64,000 nt of DNA. Origin: an uncultured Porphyromonadaceae bacterium (GTDB lineage: Bacteria; Bacteroidota; Bacteroidia; Bacteroidales; Muribaculaceae). The position numbers and the translations under genes are program-made. Location: contig CAJKRG010000006.1 in the NCBI GenBank assembly GCA_905202215.1, positions 2,111 to 66,110 of the forward strand. The letters are read 5' to 3'. Shown piece after piece: positions 1 through 9,511 of the stretch; position 1 is the first letter of the stretch, and each line of letters opens with the position of its first letter. The notes beneath the pieces are model-generated. The model saw nothing but the letters and a program-made list of their open reading frames with translations. It searched no databases and had not been told where the DNA came from.

Positions 1-342
1 GACGTTGATCACGGCATCCCACTGGGCTTCTGTCATACGCATCATCAGGCCGTCTTTTGTAATGCCTGCATTGTTGACGAGAATATCTATGGTACCGAAG
101 TCGGCGAGAACCTGAGCCACGACTTCTTTTGTCTGATTGAAGTCGGCGGCATTTGAGGCATATCCTTTGGCTTTGACGCCGAGAGCGGCGATTTCTTCTT
201 CCGTAGCTTTACCGTTCTCGTCGATCACGAGGTCGGTGAATGCGATGTTGGCACCTTCCTGAGCGAAGCGCAGAGCGAGTGCTTTGCCGATTCCGCGGGC
301 GGCACCGGTTATAAGGGCTGTTTTTCCTTCAAGTAGTTTCAT
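1..342 (-). CDS. fabG: 3-oxoacyl-[ACP] reductase (SDR family). The 5' part of the gene is inside the window; the 3' end is cut by the window edge.
   Basis: My reverse-strand translation reads MKLLEGKTALITGAARGIGKALALRFAQEGANIAF...ILVNNAGITKDG. This is the classic SDR/FabG Gly-rich NAD(P)-binding motif plus the NNAG motif. The ATG is at 340-342 on the minus strand. It is not in the ORF track because it runs off the window edge. Confidence 0.85.
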   Translation of the reverse strand, partial: MKLLEGKTALITGAARGIGKALALRFAQEGANIAFTDLVIDENGKATEEEIAALGVKAKGYASNAADFNQTKEVVAQVLADFGTIDILVNNAGITKDGLMMRMTEAQWDAVINV

Positions 343-393
343 GAGTTGAAAAATGTTTCTTATGTTCTGACGGCAAAATTAAGAAAAAATCGC

Positions 394-401
394 TATTTTT
401 G
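394..401 (+). promoter_or_regulatory. Bacteroidetes sigma-A -7 box (TATTTTTG) upstream of plsC
   Basis: Matches the TAnnTTTG consensus and sits ~25 nt upstream of the ATG at 426. The -33 element is weak. Confidence 0.35.
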
Positions 402-425
402 CAAAGAATAACACCAATAATCAGT

Positions 426-1166
426 ATGTTAATACTTTACCGTATATATCAGATTTTTATCATGATCCCTTTGCTGTTGGTTGCCACAATCTTGGCTGCT
501 ACAGTCACTATCGTGGGAAGCATGCTGGGCGCGCAACGGTCGATGGGCTATTGGCCCGGACATATATGGGCGCGTATTTTTTCTGTCCTTTCTCTTGTCA
601 GAGTGAAGGTCAACGGACGGGATAATATCGACCCTGACACCAGCTATGTTTTTGTAGCCAACCATCAGGGAGCATACGATATATTCGCTATCTATGGTTA
701 TCTGGGGCATAATTTCAGGTGGATGATGAAAAAAGGTCTTGAGAAGATACCTTTTGTGGGCTATAGCTGCCGTGTCTCCGGTCATATTTTTGTCGACAAT
801 TCGACACCATCGGCCACTGCGCGAACGATGGAAGCTGCCGAGAAACAACTCTCTGGCGGTATGTCGGTAGTGGTGTTTCCCGAAGGTTCACGCAGCCGTG
901 ACGGCAAGATGCATGCATTCCGCCGTGGCGCCTTCAAGCTTGCCACGGAATTTTCTTTGCCGATAGTTCCTATCACTATCGACGGAGCCTACAGGGTAAT
1001 GCGCAGAGGTGCGATACTGCCGCATTGGGGTACTATCAATCTCACGATACATAAGCCTATCGAAGTGTCGGCCGAGACCGGCCGTCATGAACTTGCCGAG
1101 GTGATGGAAAAGTCATCTGAGGCAATCGCTTCGGCGCTTCCATTGTCGCAACGACCGGCGAAATGA
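426..1166 (+). CDS. plsC: 1-acyl-sn-glycerol-3-phosphate acyltransferase (lysophospholipid acyltransferase)
   Basis: The HXXXXD acyltransferase motif (NHQGAYD) and the FPEGSRSRDG motif are present, with an N-terminal TM helix. The ORF-track start at 399 is a TTG. The first ATG (426) sits 25 nt downstream of a TAnnTTTG -7 box at 394-401. Confidence 0.8.
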   Translation: MLILYRIYQIFIMIPLLLVATILAATVTIVGSMLGAQRSMGYWPGHIWARIFSVLSLVRVKVNGRDNIDPDTSYVFVANHQGAYDIFAIYGYLGHNFRWMMKKGLEKIPFVGYSCRVSGHIFVDNSTPSATARTMEAAEKQLSGGMSVVVFPEGSRSRDGKMHAFRRGAFKLATEFSLPIVPITIDGAYRVMRRGAILPHWGTINLTIHKPIEVSAETGRHELAEVMEKSSEAIASALPLSQRPAK

Positions 1167-1230
1167 ACAATCAGACAGGCGTAAGCGTTGAATATTCATG
1201 TTAAATATCAATACTTGCTTCTGTCGAACT

Positions 1231-1854
1231 ATGAAACTCCCGACCGCATCTTTTTTCAGTGCTCTGGCAGTTCTCGGAGCCATTATCTTTATTTCGTCCT
1301 GTTCGCGAACCGACCGTTTCGCGGGTGAATGGATGGGCACTCCTTCACGTATTATGGGCATTCCCGGTGCTTCCGATGCGACATCTACCGTCAGCATTGA
1401 TTTCGCTCCTACTTCCGATGTCCGTAACGGTGGCAATGTGTTCATGACCGCCACAATAGATGTGAGTCAGGCTGTGACTGGTTCGGAATTCTCTCTTGAT
1501 TCGCCGTATCAGGTTGATATCGCCGCTACCGCTTCTATACGTGGTCGTTACGTTGCTGAAGACAATGATGACGACGATATTCTCCTCCATTTCGATCCTT
1601 CGACGCTACAGGTGAACATTGATCCCGCCGGCGTGACATTCTCGGAAAATATCCTTACAGGACTCCAGCGTCCGGCCCTTGATTCGCTCACAACAAAGAC
1701 TGTAGACGCCTGGCGTGTGCTTGTCACATCGGCTATCCGCGACGAGTTCTATAAATATCAGAAAATAGAGGATATAAAGGTTCATCATGGCGACATGATG
1801 TCGTGTGAGGTCGCTGATCGCGACTGCACTTTCCGCCGCATCGCTCCCAATTGA
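1231..1854 (+). CDS. hypothetical lipoprotein
   Basis: N-terminus MKLPTASFFSALAVLGAIIFISSCS is a signal peptide with a lipobox Cys. There is an Asp-rich stretch (EDNDDDDILL). I recognise no family. Confidence 0.55.
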   Translation: MKLPTASFFSALAVLGAIIFISSCSRTDRFAGEWMGTPSRIMGIPGASDATSTVSIDFAPTSDVRNGGNVFMTATIDVSQAVTGSEFSLDSPYQVDIAATASIRGRYVAEDNDDDDILLHFDPSTLQVNIDPAGVTFSENILTGLQRPALDSLTTKTVDAWRVLVTSAIRDEFYKYQKIEDIKVHHGDMMSCEVADRDCTFRRIAPN

Positions 1855-1923
1855 TATTTTGTACGCAAGCCTCAAGGTAAAAAAATACCGGGATAATGGC
1901 ATGCCGTTATCCCGGCTCTGTTT

Positions 1924-4407
1924 CTATACGGGGTCGACGTCGTAATAGACTGTGAGCCCTTTCATGAGAGGAGAGGAGGTGAGGGCGATATATCGCTCGC
2001 GGAGAAGTTCCTTTATCCTGACAGTCGAGGCGTTTGTTTCGAGTTTGAGCATTATCCTGCGAATATACATAGACTGTACACGGCTGACAGCCGGTTCCAG
2101 CGGTCCCATGATGCGGTTGCCGAAAATTTTGCGCAGACTGCGGGCATAGCGGTCGGCGCATTCCACGAGAGTACGGGCATCACGATGTTTTATATATATG
2201 TTTATAATTCGCATGAACGGCGGATAATTGAACGCCTCGCGTTCGGCGATTTCCCGGCGGTAGAAGCTTTCATAATCGTGGGCTGCCGCCAGGGCAAGCA
2301 CCGGATTTTCCGGATTGTGTGTCTGAATTATGACTCGACCTATGCCGTCGCGACGTCCGGCGCGTCCGGCGACCTGCTCTATCATATTGAAAGCGCGTTC
2401 GGCAGCCCGAAAATCAGGAAGCGAGAGAATGGCATCGGCATTCAGTATACCGACAACTTCAACCCCTCCGAAATCGAGACCTTTGGTCACCATCTGTGTT
2501 CCGACGAGAATATCGGCTTTCCCCTCAGAGAAATCATCGATAATTTTGCTGTAGCCCTGTTTATTGCGGGTGGTATCGAGGTCCATGCGCAAGATTCGGC
2601 GTCCCGGGAAGACTTCGCCGATTTCGTCTTCGAGTCGTTCTGTCCCGTAGCCCATGATTTCCATGGCCGGTTCTTTGCATTCGGGGCATACGGTCGGCAC
2701 GGGATATTCTGTACCGCAATAGTGGCACTGAAGACGGTTCCTGCGTTTGTGATAGGTGAGTGCAACGTCGCAGAAATTGCATTTCGGAGTGAAAGCACAG
2801 AGCTTGCAGCGTGCCATTGGAGCATAGCCGCGTCTGTTGAGGAAGAATATGGCCTGACGTCCGCGGTTGGCCGCATCGACAGTGGCATCGAGCAGATGGT
2901 GCGAGAAATATCCTGAAACGGCTTTTCGACGACGTTCGGCCCTCATATCTACGATTTCTACGGGGGGCAATGGAACGTTTGAATAACGTTCGGTGAGTTC
3001 CACAAGACCGAATTTCCCGGTAAGCCCCTTGTAGTATGTCTCTATTGTGGGTGTGGCGCTTCCGAGCAGTGTTTTGGCTCCATGCATGGCGGCCAGTACT
3101 GTCGCAGCGTCGCGGCCGTTATATCGTGGAGCCGGATCTGCCTGTTTGTAGCTTGGTTCATGCTCTTCATCGACAATGACAAGGCCCAGGGAGGCGAAAG
3201 GGAGAAAGACGGCTGAACGTGCACCGATTATCACGAGAGGTTCCGCAGTATGGAGGAGGCGACGCCATATCTCGACACGATCGTTATCGGAGAATTTGGA
3301 GTGGTAGATGACAATTTTCGAACCGAATACTTTCTGCATTCGTACGGTCAGCTGTGTCGTGAGCGCGATTTCCGGTACGAGAAACAGCACCTGGCGTCCC
3401 TGTTTCAGCACATAGTCGATGAGATGCATGTAGATTTCGGTCTTGCCCGACGATGTGACGCCGCGCAGCAGACTTATGGCATGATCCTTGAAGCTGGCAT
3501 GGATACCGTCGAGCGCTTTTTTCTGAGGCTCGGACAGAATAGGAAGCGCACCGCCGGCCGGACCGGAGTATGTGAAACGCGATACCTCTTTATGGTATAT
3601 TTCGCAGAGTCCTTTTGCCGCGAGAGCCTTTACGGTCGCACGCGACACTTCGGCGCGTTCGGCAAGGACATCGAGAGGCACTTCGACCAAAGGTGTGTCT
3701 TCGTTATTGAAATTCGATAATGCGAGAATGGCGACCAACGCGGCTTCCTGTGCGGCCGAACGTTTTACAGCGGCAAACGCGGCTGTAATAGCGCCTTTGT
3801 CATGACGCGTTATCATCGGACGTACGTAAAAGCGCTTTACGGCCCGATATCGTTCGACAAGTTTTTCAGATACGAGAACAAGGCCTTTTTCCAGCAGGCG
3901 TGTCACAGTCTGGGTAACGGATCCCGAGGAGGTTTTGCCTTCAAGCTGGCGCACCGGAATCGGGCCTTTCTCACGTATGGTCTCAAGAAGAGCCATTTCT
4001 TTTGGCGAACATGCAGCCAAAGCCTCCTGAGCGGCTTCCGGGTCAAAAGTCACGCGGGTTTCGCTTTCGAGTTTCAATCCTGCCGGAAGAGCGGCTTTAT
4101 AGACTTCTCCGATTGTGCACAGATAGTATTGGGCCATCCATTCCCAAAACCGTATCTGCGGATGGCGCACGATAGGCTCAGGATCGAGGACTGAAGCTAT
4201 TTCCTTGAGGGCTATTCCCTGTCCGGGGCCAACGGGCGATGTCGCGCATACGACTCCCGTGTAATAATGCCTGTCGCCGAAAGGAACAAGCACACGGCTG
4301 CCCGCATGCACCTTAGATTGCATTTCAGGGGGAACGATATATGTGAACGCCCCCTCAAGAGGCAGCGGCACGATTACCGACGCAAACATAGAAGAGATCT
4401 TTTCCAT
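1924..4407 (-). CDS. priA: primosomal protein N' (replication restart DNA helicase PriA)
   Basis: DEEH box (IVDEEHEPSYKQ), a Walker A-like GVTSSGKTE, and a Cys4 zinc-binding cluster (CKLCAFTPKCNFCDVALTYH...CHYCG), the PriA hallmark. The likely true start is MEKISSMF at 4405-4407. The ORF-track N-terminal extension MPCFFCIFALR is probably spurious. Confidence 0.85.
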   Translation of the reverse strand: MEKISSMFASVIVPLPLEGAFTYIVPPEMQSKVHAGSRVLVPFGDRHYYTGVVCATSPVGPGQGIALKEIASVLDPEPIVRHPQIRFWEWMAQYYLCTIGEVYKAALPAGLKLESETRVTFDPEAAQEALAACSPKEMALLETIREKGPIPVRQLEGKTSSGSVTQTVTRLLEKGLVLVSEKLVERYRAVKRFYVRPMITRHDKGAITAAFAAVKRSAAQEAALVAILALSNFNNEDTPLVEVPLDVLAERAEVSRATVKALAAKGLCEIYHKEVSRFTYSGPAGGALPILSEPQKKALDGIHASFKDHAISLLRGVTSSGKTEIYMHLIDYVLKQGRQVLFLVPEIALTTQLTVRMQKVFGSKIVIYHSKFSDNDRVEIWRRLLHTAEPLVIIGARSAVFLPFASLGLVIVDEEHEPSYKQADPAPRYNGRDAATVLAAMHGAKTLLGSATPTIETYYKGLTGKFGLVELTERYSNVPLPPVEIVDMRAERRRKAVSGYFSHHLLDATVDAANRGRQAIFFLNRRGYAPMARCKLCAFTPKCNFCDVALTYHKRRNRLQCHYCGTEYPVPTVCPECKEPAMEIMGYGTERLEDEIGEVFPGRRILRMDLDTTRNKQGYSKIIDDFSEGKADILVGTQMVTKGLDFGGVEVVGILNADAILSLPDFRAAERAFNMIEQVAGRAGRRDGIGRVIIQTHNPENPVLALAAAHDYESFYRREIAEREAFNYPPFMRIINIYIKHRDARTLVECADRYARSLRKIFGNRIMGPLEPAVSRVQSMYIRRIMLKLETNASTVRIKELLRERYIALTSSPLMKGLTVYYDVDPV

Positions 4408-4480
4408 ACGAAGTGCGAATATACAAAAAAAACAGGGCAAAAGCCCTGTTTTTCATTATGGAGTTTGTAAAGAACGTTGA

Positions 4481-5863
4481 TCAGAGATCGCGGGGATCGG
4501 GAACTTCATCTTCGTTTACAGGAATGTCGGTGTTGACGTTCTTGCAGCCTACGGTGCCGTAGAAGAAGAGGTAGGCGAGCATTGCGATGACGAGCCAGTA
4601 TGATATCATGTAACTGGCTGTGTTGGCGATTGCATTCTGGATAAGAGGCATGATGCCGCCGCCAACAACCATCATCATGAAGATACCCGAAGCCTGGGCA
4701 GTGTATTTGCCGAGGCCTTCGACAGCGAGGTTGAAGATACCTCCCCACATTACAGAAGTGCAGAGGCCGCAGAGCACCAGGAACATTGCCTTGGCCGGGA
4801 CTTCGGCCATAGAGAAGCCGTCGGCAGCGCTATATGCGGGCATCGAGATACGGATGCTTGCGGGAAGGAGAATTGCGATGGCGATAAGGACAATGGCGGT
4901 CATCGATACGACGATGAGCTGTACGCGGCTCGATACCTTGCCGGAGATGACGCTTGATACAAGACGGCCTACGAGCATGAGGAGCCAATAGATGGCAACA
5001 ACGCCGCCAGCCACGGCTGAAGCTTCGCCGAGAATGCCTGCGCCGTTGGCGCTCTGGTCGGCGAGGTAGAAGTTGAGGGTGCCGGGGATACCGATTTCGA
5101 TACCTACATAGAAGAAGATACCGATTACACCGAATACGGTGTGGCGGAAGTTCCAGGGAGAATGGCTGTATTTTACTTTGGTCTTGCCCTTGGCGAGATT
5201 AGGCTCGGGGATAGACACGAATGTGATGACGATGAACGCGAATACGAACACACCCATTGCAATCCAGAGGAGGGGAGCCACATTTGCCATGGTCGAGGCG
5301 GGGCTGAGAGCGCCGATAAGCGCGCCGACGAAGAGCGGGGTGAGTGTGCCCGAGAGGGAGTTGAGCGAGCCGCCGGTCTGAATGAGCTGGTTACCACGGT
5401 TACCACCTCCGCCGAGGAGGTTGAGCATGGGGTTTACAACGGTGTTGAGCATGCACACGCAGAAACCGCAGATGAATGCACCGAGAAGATAGATATAGAA
5501 GTTGAGAGGCACAGCGGTGCCGGAGATACTTCCGAGTGTCACGTCCGCTCCGACAACGCCGGAGAGCCACTGCACGAATAGGCCTACAACGCCTACCGCC
5601 ATAGCCCAGAGTGCGGTTTTCTTATATCCTATTTTTACAAGAAGATTACCTGCCGGAATGCCCATGAAGAGGTAAGCTGCGAAGTTCATCATGTTGCCCA
5701 TCATGCCGAGCATTGAGTTGCCTTCGAACTTATATCCCCAGATTGTTCCGATCGGGGCGGCAAGGTTTGTAACGAAAGAAATCATGGCAAAGAGGAAGAA
5801 CATGGCGATGATAGCCACCACGTTGGCTCTTTGCGAGGCTGGAGCCTTTACAGTTTTTTCCAT
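4481..5863 (-). CDS. MFS sugar:H+ symporter (FucP / glucose-galactose transporter family)
   Basis: About 12 TM segments. The N-terminal region (AIIAMFFLFAMISFVTNLAAPIG...GIPAGNLLVKIGYKKT) is typical of FucP/GluP-family MFS permeases. A candidate -7 box TATATTTG lies on the minus strand at 5940-5947. Confidence 0.7.
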   Translation of the reverse strand: MEKTVKAPASQRANVVAIIAMFFLFAMISFVTNLAAPIGTIWGYKFEGNSMLGMMGNMMNFAAYLFMGIPAGNLLVKIGYKKTALWAMAVGVVGLFVQWLSGVVGADVTLGSISGTAVPLNFYIYLLGAFICGFCVCMLNTVVNPMLNLLGGGGNRGNQLIQTGGSLNSLSGTLTPLFVGALIGALSPASTMANVAPLLWIAMGVFVFAFIVITFVSIPEPNLAKGKTKVKYSHSPWNFRHTVFGVIGIFFYVGIEIGIPGTLNFYLADQSANGAGILGEASAVAGGVVAIYWLLMLVGRLVSSVISGKVSSRVQLIVVSMTAIVLIAIAILLPASIRISMPAYSAADGFSMAEVPAKAMFLVLCGLCTSVMWGGIFNLAVEGLGKYTAQASGIFMMMVVGGGIMPLIQNAIANTASYMISYWLVIAMLAYLFFYGTVGCKNVNTDIPVNEDEVPDPRDL

Positions 5864-6007
5864 TGGTACTGTGAGGTTTATTTGTTGGTTGAAATTAGTT
5901 CGGAATTTTATAGGAAAGGCCGCTTGGCGCTTTGCAGTGCAAATATACGCATAATCCCCCTAAATCGAAAAAATTTTTTGACAGCTTCAGGCTCAGGAAT
6001 CATGTCG

Positions 6008-6868
6008 TCAGTCGTTGATTTCTGAGTTGGCGATATGCATGCGGCCGATGATTTTGCCGTCTTCGGCTGTAGTGTAGATATATTCGAAGTCGTATCCTAA
6101 CCGTGCAGGCATTTCGATAAGATAGTCGGCTGAACGTTGATCGCGGAAAGTCGGAATCACAGCATCTTCGCGGCTTGTGTTGAGGAAATCCTGGAAAAAA
6201 TCGAGATCGAGATCGGCTGAATTTCCACTGATTTCCATATCCATGACTATGCAATTTCGGGTATCGTCTATGGTGACTGCTTTCCACGTCGTCACTTCGT
6301 CGACTGCCCGCGGTAGCGAGCTGTTCGATACCCGGACGATCGCAGCGAGTCGGGCTGCCTTTATTTCTTCGGGGCTTCGGCCATCGGATTTGGCTTTGAT
6401 GGTTGCAATCATAGATTCGATATCATCGGGTGTGCCGTCGAAGCCGAACCCCATTATCAGGAAGAGATAATCGCCTTCTTCAAAAGCATAGAGAGTGCCT
6501 CTGACTTCTTTTCCCGATATTTTCCCTTCGAAGCCGACTTTGGATGTTTTCCTTGATCCGATCTCGGTTTCAGATATACTGTCGAAAGTGCAGTTCCTTA
6601 ATTCGGCATTGACACCGCCGAAACTCTGGGCGTATAGGAATTTCTCGACATCGGGGCCGGCTGGGAACGCGACTATGGATATGCCTCCGTTGGCATTGGA
6701 TATGACGGCAGTCTCGGAAAAATCAGGGATACTTATTCGGTCTTTGTTCAGCGAGTAGTCCGTCGGTTTTTCGAACGAGAAAGCCGAAGTCTCTATTGTC
6801 TCGGATCTGTTGCATGCAGCCGTCATTAATATGAAGGCTATGGCGATCAATTTATAAAATGTTTTCAT
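6008..6868 (-). CDS. hypothetical lipoprotein
   Basis: MKTFYKLIAIAFILMTAACNRSE is a signal peptide plus lipobox. No recognisable catalytic motif. Confidence 0.5.
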   Translation of the reverse strand: MKTFYKLIAIAFILMTAACNRSETIETSAFSFEKPTDYSLNKDRISIPDFSETAVISNANGGISIVAFPAGPDVEKFLYAQSFGGVNAELRNCTFDSISETEIGSRKTSKVGFEGKISGKEVRGTLYAFEEGDYLFLIMGFGFDGTPDDIESMIATIKAKSDGRSPEEIKAARLAAIVRVSNSSLPRAVDEVTTWKAVTIDDTRNCIVMDMEISGNSADLDLDFFQDFLNTSREDAVIPTFRDQRSADYLIEMPARLGYDFEYIYTTAEDGKIIGRMHIANSEIND

Positions 6869-6981
6869 AGTACGTGAATTGATTAATCAAAGGTAAACTT
6901 AAAAAATGTGATATGCAATTATTTTGTTACTTTTCGTAATGTTGTCATTATAATTACGGTTCGTGATGTTTGGACAGAAAA

Positions 6982-7013
6982 TTTGCGAATAGAGGAACAA
7001 ATGTGTAATTTTG
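6982..7013 (+). promoter_or_regulatory. Bacteroidetes sigma-A promoter (-33 TTTG, 20-nt spacer, -7 TAATTTTG) for the alpha/beta hydrolase gene
   Basis: TTTG at 6982-6985, a 20-nt spacer, TAATTTTG at 7006-7013, and the ATG at 7031. Good match to the Bacteroides consensus. Confidence 0.5.
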
Positions 7014-7030
7014 CGGGTTAATAAACAGAA

Positions 7031-7798
7031 ATGGATCAGACGATAGAAATAGACGGACTGAGAATGCGTTATGACTGTCTGGGGGAAGGCCCTCAGGCAG
7101 TGATAGTCATGCACGGATGGGGGTGTAAAGCCGCCACGGTGCAGATTCTTGCAGATGCGGCTTCCGCTTCCGGCACCACGGTCTATAATCTGGATTTGCC
7201 TGGCTTCGGCGACTCGCAGGAACCGCCCGCACATTGGGGTGTCTATGACTATGCGCATTTCATAGAGAAATTTGCCGATACGCTCGGCATATCAAGGCCG
7301 GTTCTTATTGGTCATTCCTATGGTGGCCGCATAGCTATCGTATATGCTTCCGAAAGGCCGGTAGAGAAAGTCATACTGGTGGACGCGGCCGGGATCAAGC
7401 CTCGACGCTCGCTCAGATATTACCTGAAAGTCTATGCTTTCAAGGCTGCGAAGCATATTCTTCCGCTGATTCTCGGACGTCGCAGAGGCGAGAGGATCAT
7501 TGACAGCATGCGGGGTAAATCCGGGTCTGCCGACTATAAGGCAGCATCGCCTGTCATGCGGCGTATCATGAGCACGTCTGTCAATCAGGATCTGAAGCAT
7601 CTCATGCCTTCGATCAAGGCTCCGACTTTGCTCATATGGGGCGAAAACGACACTGCGACTCCGCTGCGCGATGCCCGCACGATGGAAAAACTGATACCGG
7701 ATGCCGGCCTTGTGCTATACGAAGGGTGCGGGCATTATTCATTTCTCGAACGCCCGGGACAGACCGTGGCTGTCATTAAAAGTTTTCTGAAAATATGA
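7031..7798 (+). CDS. alpha/beta-fold hydrolase
   Basis: HGWG oxyanion-hole motif, a GHSYGG nucleophile elbow (GXSXG), and a C-terminal GHYSFLERP with the catalytic His. Confidence 0.75.
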   Translation: MDQTIEIDGLRMRYDCLGEGPQAVIVMHGWGCKAATVQILADAASASGTTVYNLDLPGFGDSQEPPAHWGVYDYAHFIEKFADTLGISRPVLIGHSYGGRIAIVYASERPVEKVILVDAAGIKPRRSLRYYLKVYAFKAAKHILPLILGRRRGERIIDSMRGKSGSADYKAASPVMRRIMSTSVNQDLKHLMPSIKAPTLLIWGENDTATPLRDARTMEKLIPDAGLVLYEGCGHYSFLERPGQTVAVIKSFLKI

Positions 7799-9393
7799 TT
7801 ACGCTAATTATCACAATAGTTGTCTTTATCCTGGCTTATGCGGCGCTTGCTCTGAGTCTTCGCCGCGACCTGACCATGTTTCAGCAAAACTCATACCGTC
7901 CGGAGCGCTACCGCAGATGGCTAAAGGAATCGGGAGAGAGTACTTCGGGCTGGCGACTCGGGGCGATAATCATATTTCTATTTTCAGTTACTAAATTCTG
8001 TCCTGAAAATGTCGGTCTCGGGTCCATAGCTATATTTTCGCTTCTATATGTGATCTCTCTCGCTCGCCGCAAGTATAAGAAACCGCTTGCCATGACAGCG
8101 CGTGCCACACGAATCTATATCACAGCCTGTTTCCTTGTAGCTATTGTGGCCGCTCTTGGCATGATGTTTCTTGGCGATACGGTCGGCGAGCGCGTCTACC
8201 GGGCCGCATGGCTCATGTGCGGACTGTGCGGTGTCGATTATGTGATTGTGGCAGCCAACTGGATTCTTAAGCCGATAGAAAACCGTATTACGAAAAAATA
8301 TCTGCTTGATGCCCGCAACCGTCTCGAGTCCATGCCGGGTCTCAGGATAATAGGTGTCACTGGCAGCTATGGCAAAACGACGACCAAGCACTATCTGCAG
8401 CGTATACTGTCAGAGCAGTACGAGACTCTGATGACGCCCGGCAGCTTCAACACCACTCTCGGAGTCGTCCGCACGATCCGTGAATATCTAAAGCCCTATC
8501 ATGAAGTCTTTATCGTGGAGATGGGCGCCAAACAGCGTGGCGACATCAAGGAAATCTGCGATCTCGTGCACCCCTGGGGTGGTATTGTCACGGCGGTGGG
8601 ACCGCAGCATCTCGAATCGTTCAAGACAATAGAAAATGTGCGCGACACAAAATTCGAGCTTATCGATGCTCTTCCTTCCGACGGTCTGGGTGTTGTCAAC
8701 GACGATTTCCCGATGATAGCCGGTCGCGAGGTGACTGATGTTAAAGTGCTCCGGTATGTCGTTAAAAATGCTGATGATAAAAATGCCGTCTATCGTGCCA
8801 CCGACATTGAATATAGCCCCAACGGTACACGTTTTACGGTTGAATGCCCTGATGGCGTGCGGCTGAAGCTTGAGACACGTCTGGTAGGCGAGTGCAATAT
8901 ATCCAATATCCTCGCAGCTGTGGCGATGGCACGTGCACTTGGGGTGATTGACGACAAGATAGCCTATGCAGTCGAGCGCATTGAACAGGTCGAGCATCGC
9001 TTGAGTATCCGACGCATTCCCGGTGGAATGACAATAATCGATGATGCATTCAACAGTAATCCCGTCGGCTCGGCCATGGCTCTCGACGTGCTCGCCGCCA
9101 TGAAACCCGGCAAACGCATCCTTGTCACCCCGGGCATGATAGAACTCGGCGATGAGCAGTATGAACTTAACAAGCGCTTCGGCGAAAAAGCGGCTTCCTG
9201 CTGTGACATAGCTATTGTGGTCGGACACTACAACCGCGAGGCTATATGCAAGGGGCTCGATCTCGGTCATATGCCGGTCGAAGCCATACGTCAGGTTGAT
9301 ACTTTCACGCAGGCACAGGAGGTACTGCGCTCAATAGCCGCACCCGGCGATACCGTCCTTTATGAGAATGATCTCCCGGATACTTTCAAATAA
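7795..9393 (+). CDS. murF: UDP-N-acetylmuramoyl-tripeptide--D-alanyl-D-alanine ligase with an N-terminal membrane extension
   Basis: Mur ligase ATP-binding motif GVTGSYGKTTTK and C-terminal Mur ligase domains. About 150 N-terminal residues are hydrophobic TM segments. It overlaps the upstream gene by ATGA. Confidence 0.85.
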   Translation: MITLIITIVVFILAYAALALSLRRDLTMFQQNSYRPERYRRWLKESGESTSGWRLGAIIIFLFSVTKFCPENVGLGSIAIFSLLYVISLARRKYKKPLAMTARATRIYITACFLVAIVAALGMMFLGDTVGERVYRAAWLMCGLCGVDYVIVAANWILKPIENRITKKYLLDARNRLESMPGLRIIGVTGSYGKTTTKHYLQRILSEQYETLMTPGSFNTTLGVVRTIREYLKPYHEVFIVEMGAKQRGDIKEICDLVHPWGGIVTAVGPQHLESFKTIENVRDTKFELIDALPSDGLGVVNDDFPMIAGREVTDVKVLRYVVKNADDKNAVYRATDIEYSPNGTRFTVECPDGVRLKLETRLVGECNISNILAAVAMARALGVIDDKIAYAVERIEQVEHRLSIRRIPGGMTIIDDAFNSNPVGSAMALDVLAAMKPGKRILVTPGMIELGDEQYELNKRFGEKAASCCDIAIVVGHYNREAICKGLDLGHMPVEAIRQVDTFTQAQEVLRSIAAPGDTVLYENDLPDTFK

Positions 9394-9394
9394 A

Positions 9395-9510
9395 ATTAAG
9401 AATTATGGATTAAGAATTATGGATTGTGTTTTGTTTACAGTGTATTATCGGCAAATTATTCATAATCCATATTTCGTATATTCATAATTCCTCATTCATA
9501 ATCCATAATT
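9395..9510. repeat. AT-rich inverted-repeat element (MITE/REP-like), copy 1
   Basis: The left arm carries two direct copies of AAGAATTATGGATT. The right arm carries two copies of the complement ATTCATAATCCATA. The spacer is ~35 nt. The element fills the murF-ddl intergenic region. The same terminal motif recurs at 41366-41443. Confidence 0.6.
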
Positions 9511-9511
9511 T

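Noticed and set aside
399-425. ORF-track start of plsC at 399
   Set aside because: Codon 399-401 is TTG and overlaps the predicted -7 promoter box. The first ATG at 426 is more plausible.
4408-4440. N-terminal 11-aa extension of priA (MPCFFCIFALR)
   Set aside because: The conserved PriA N-terminus begins at MEKISSMF. The extension is probably read-through upstream of the real start.
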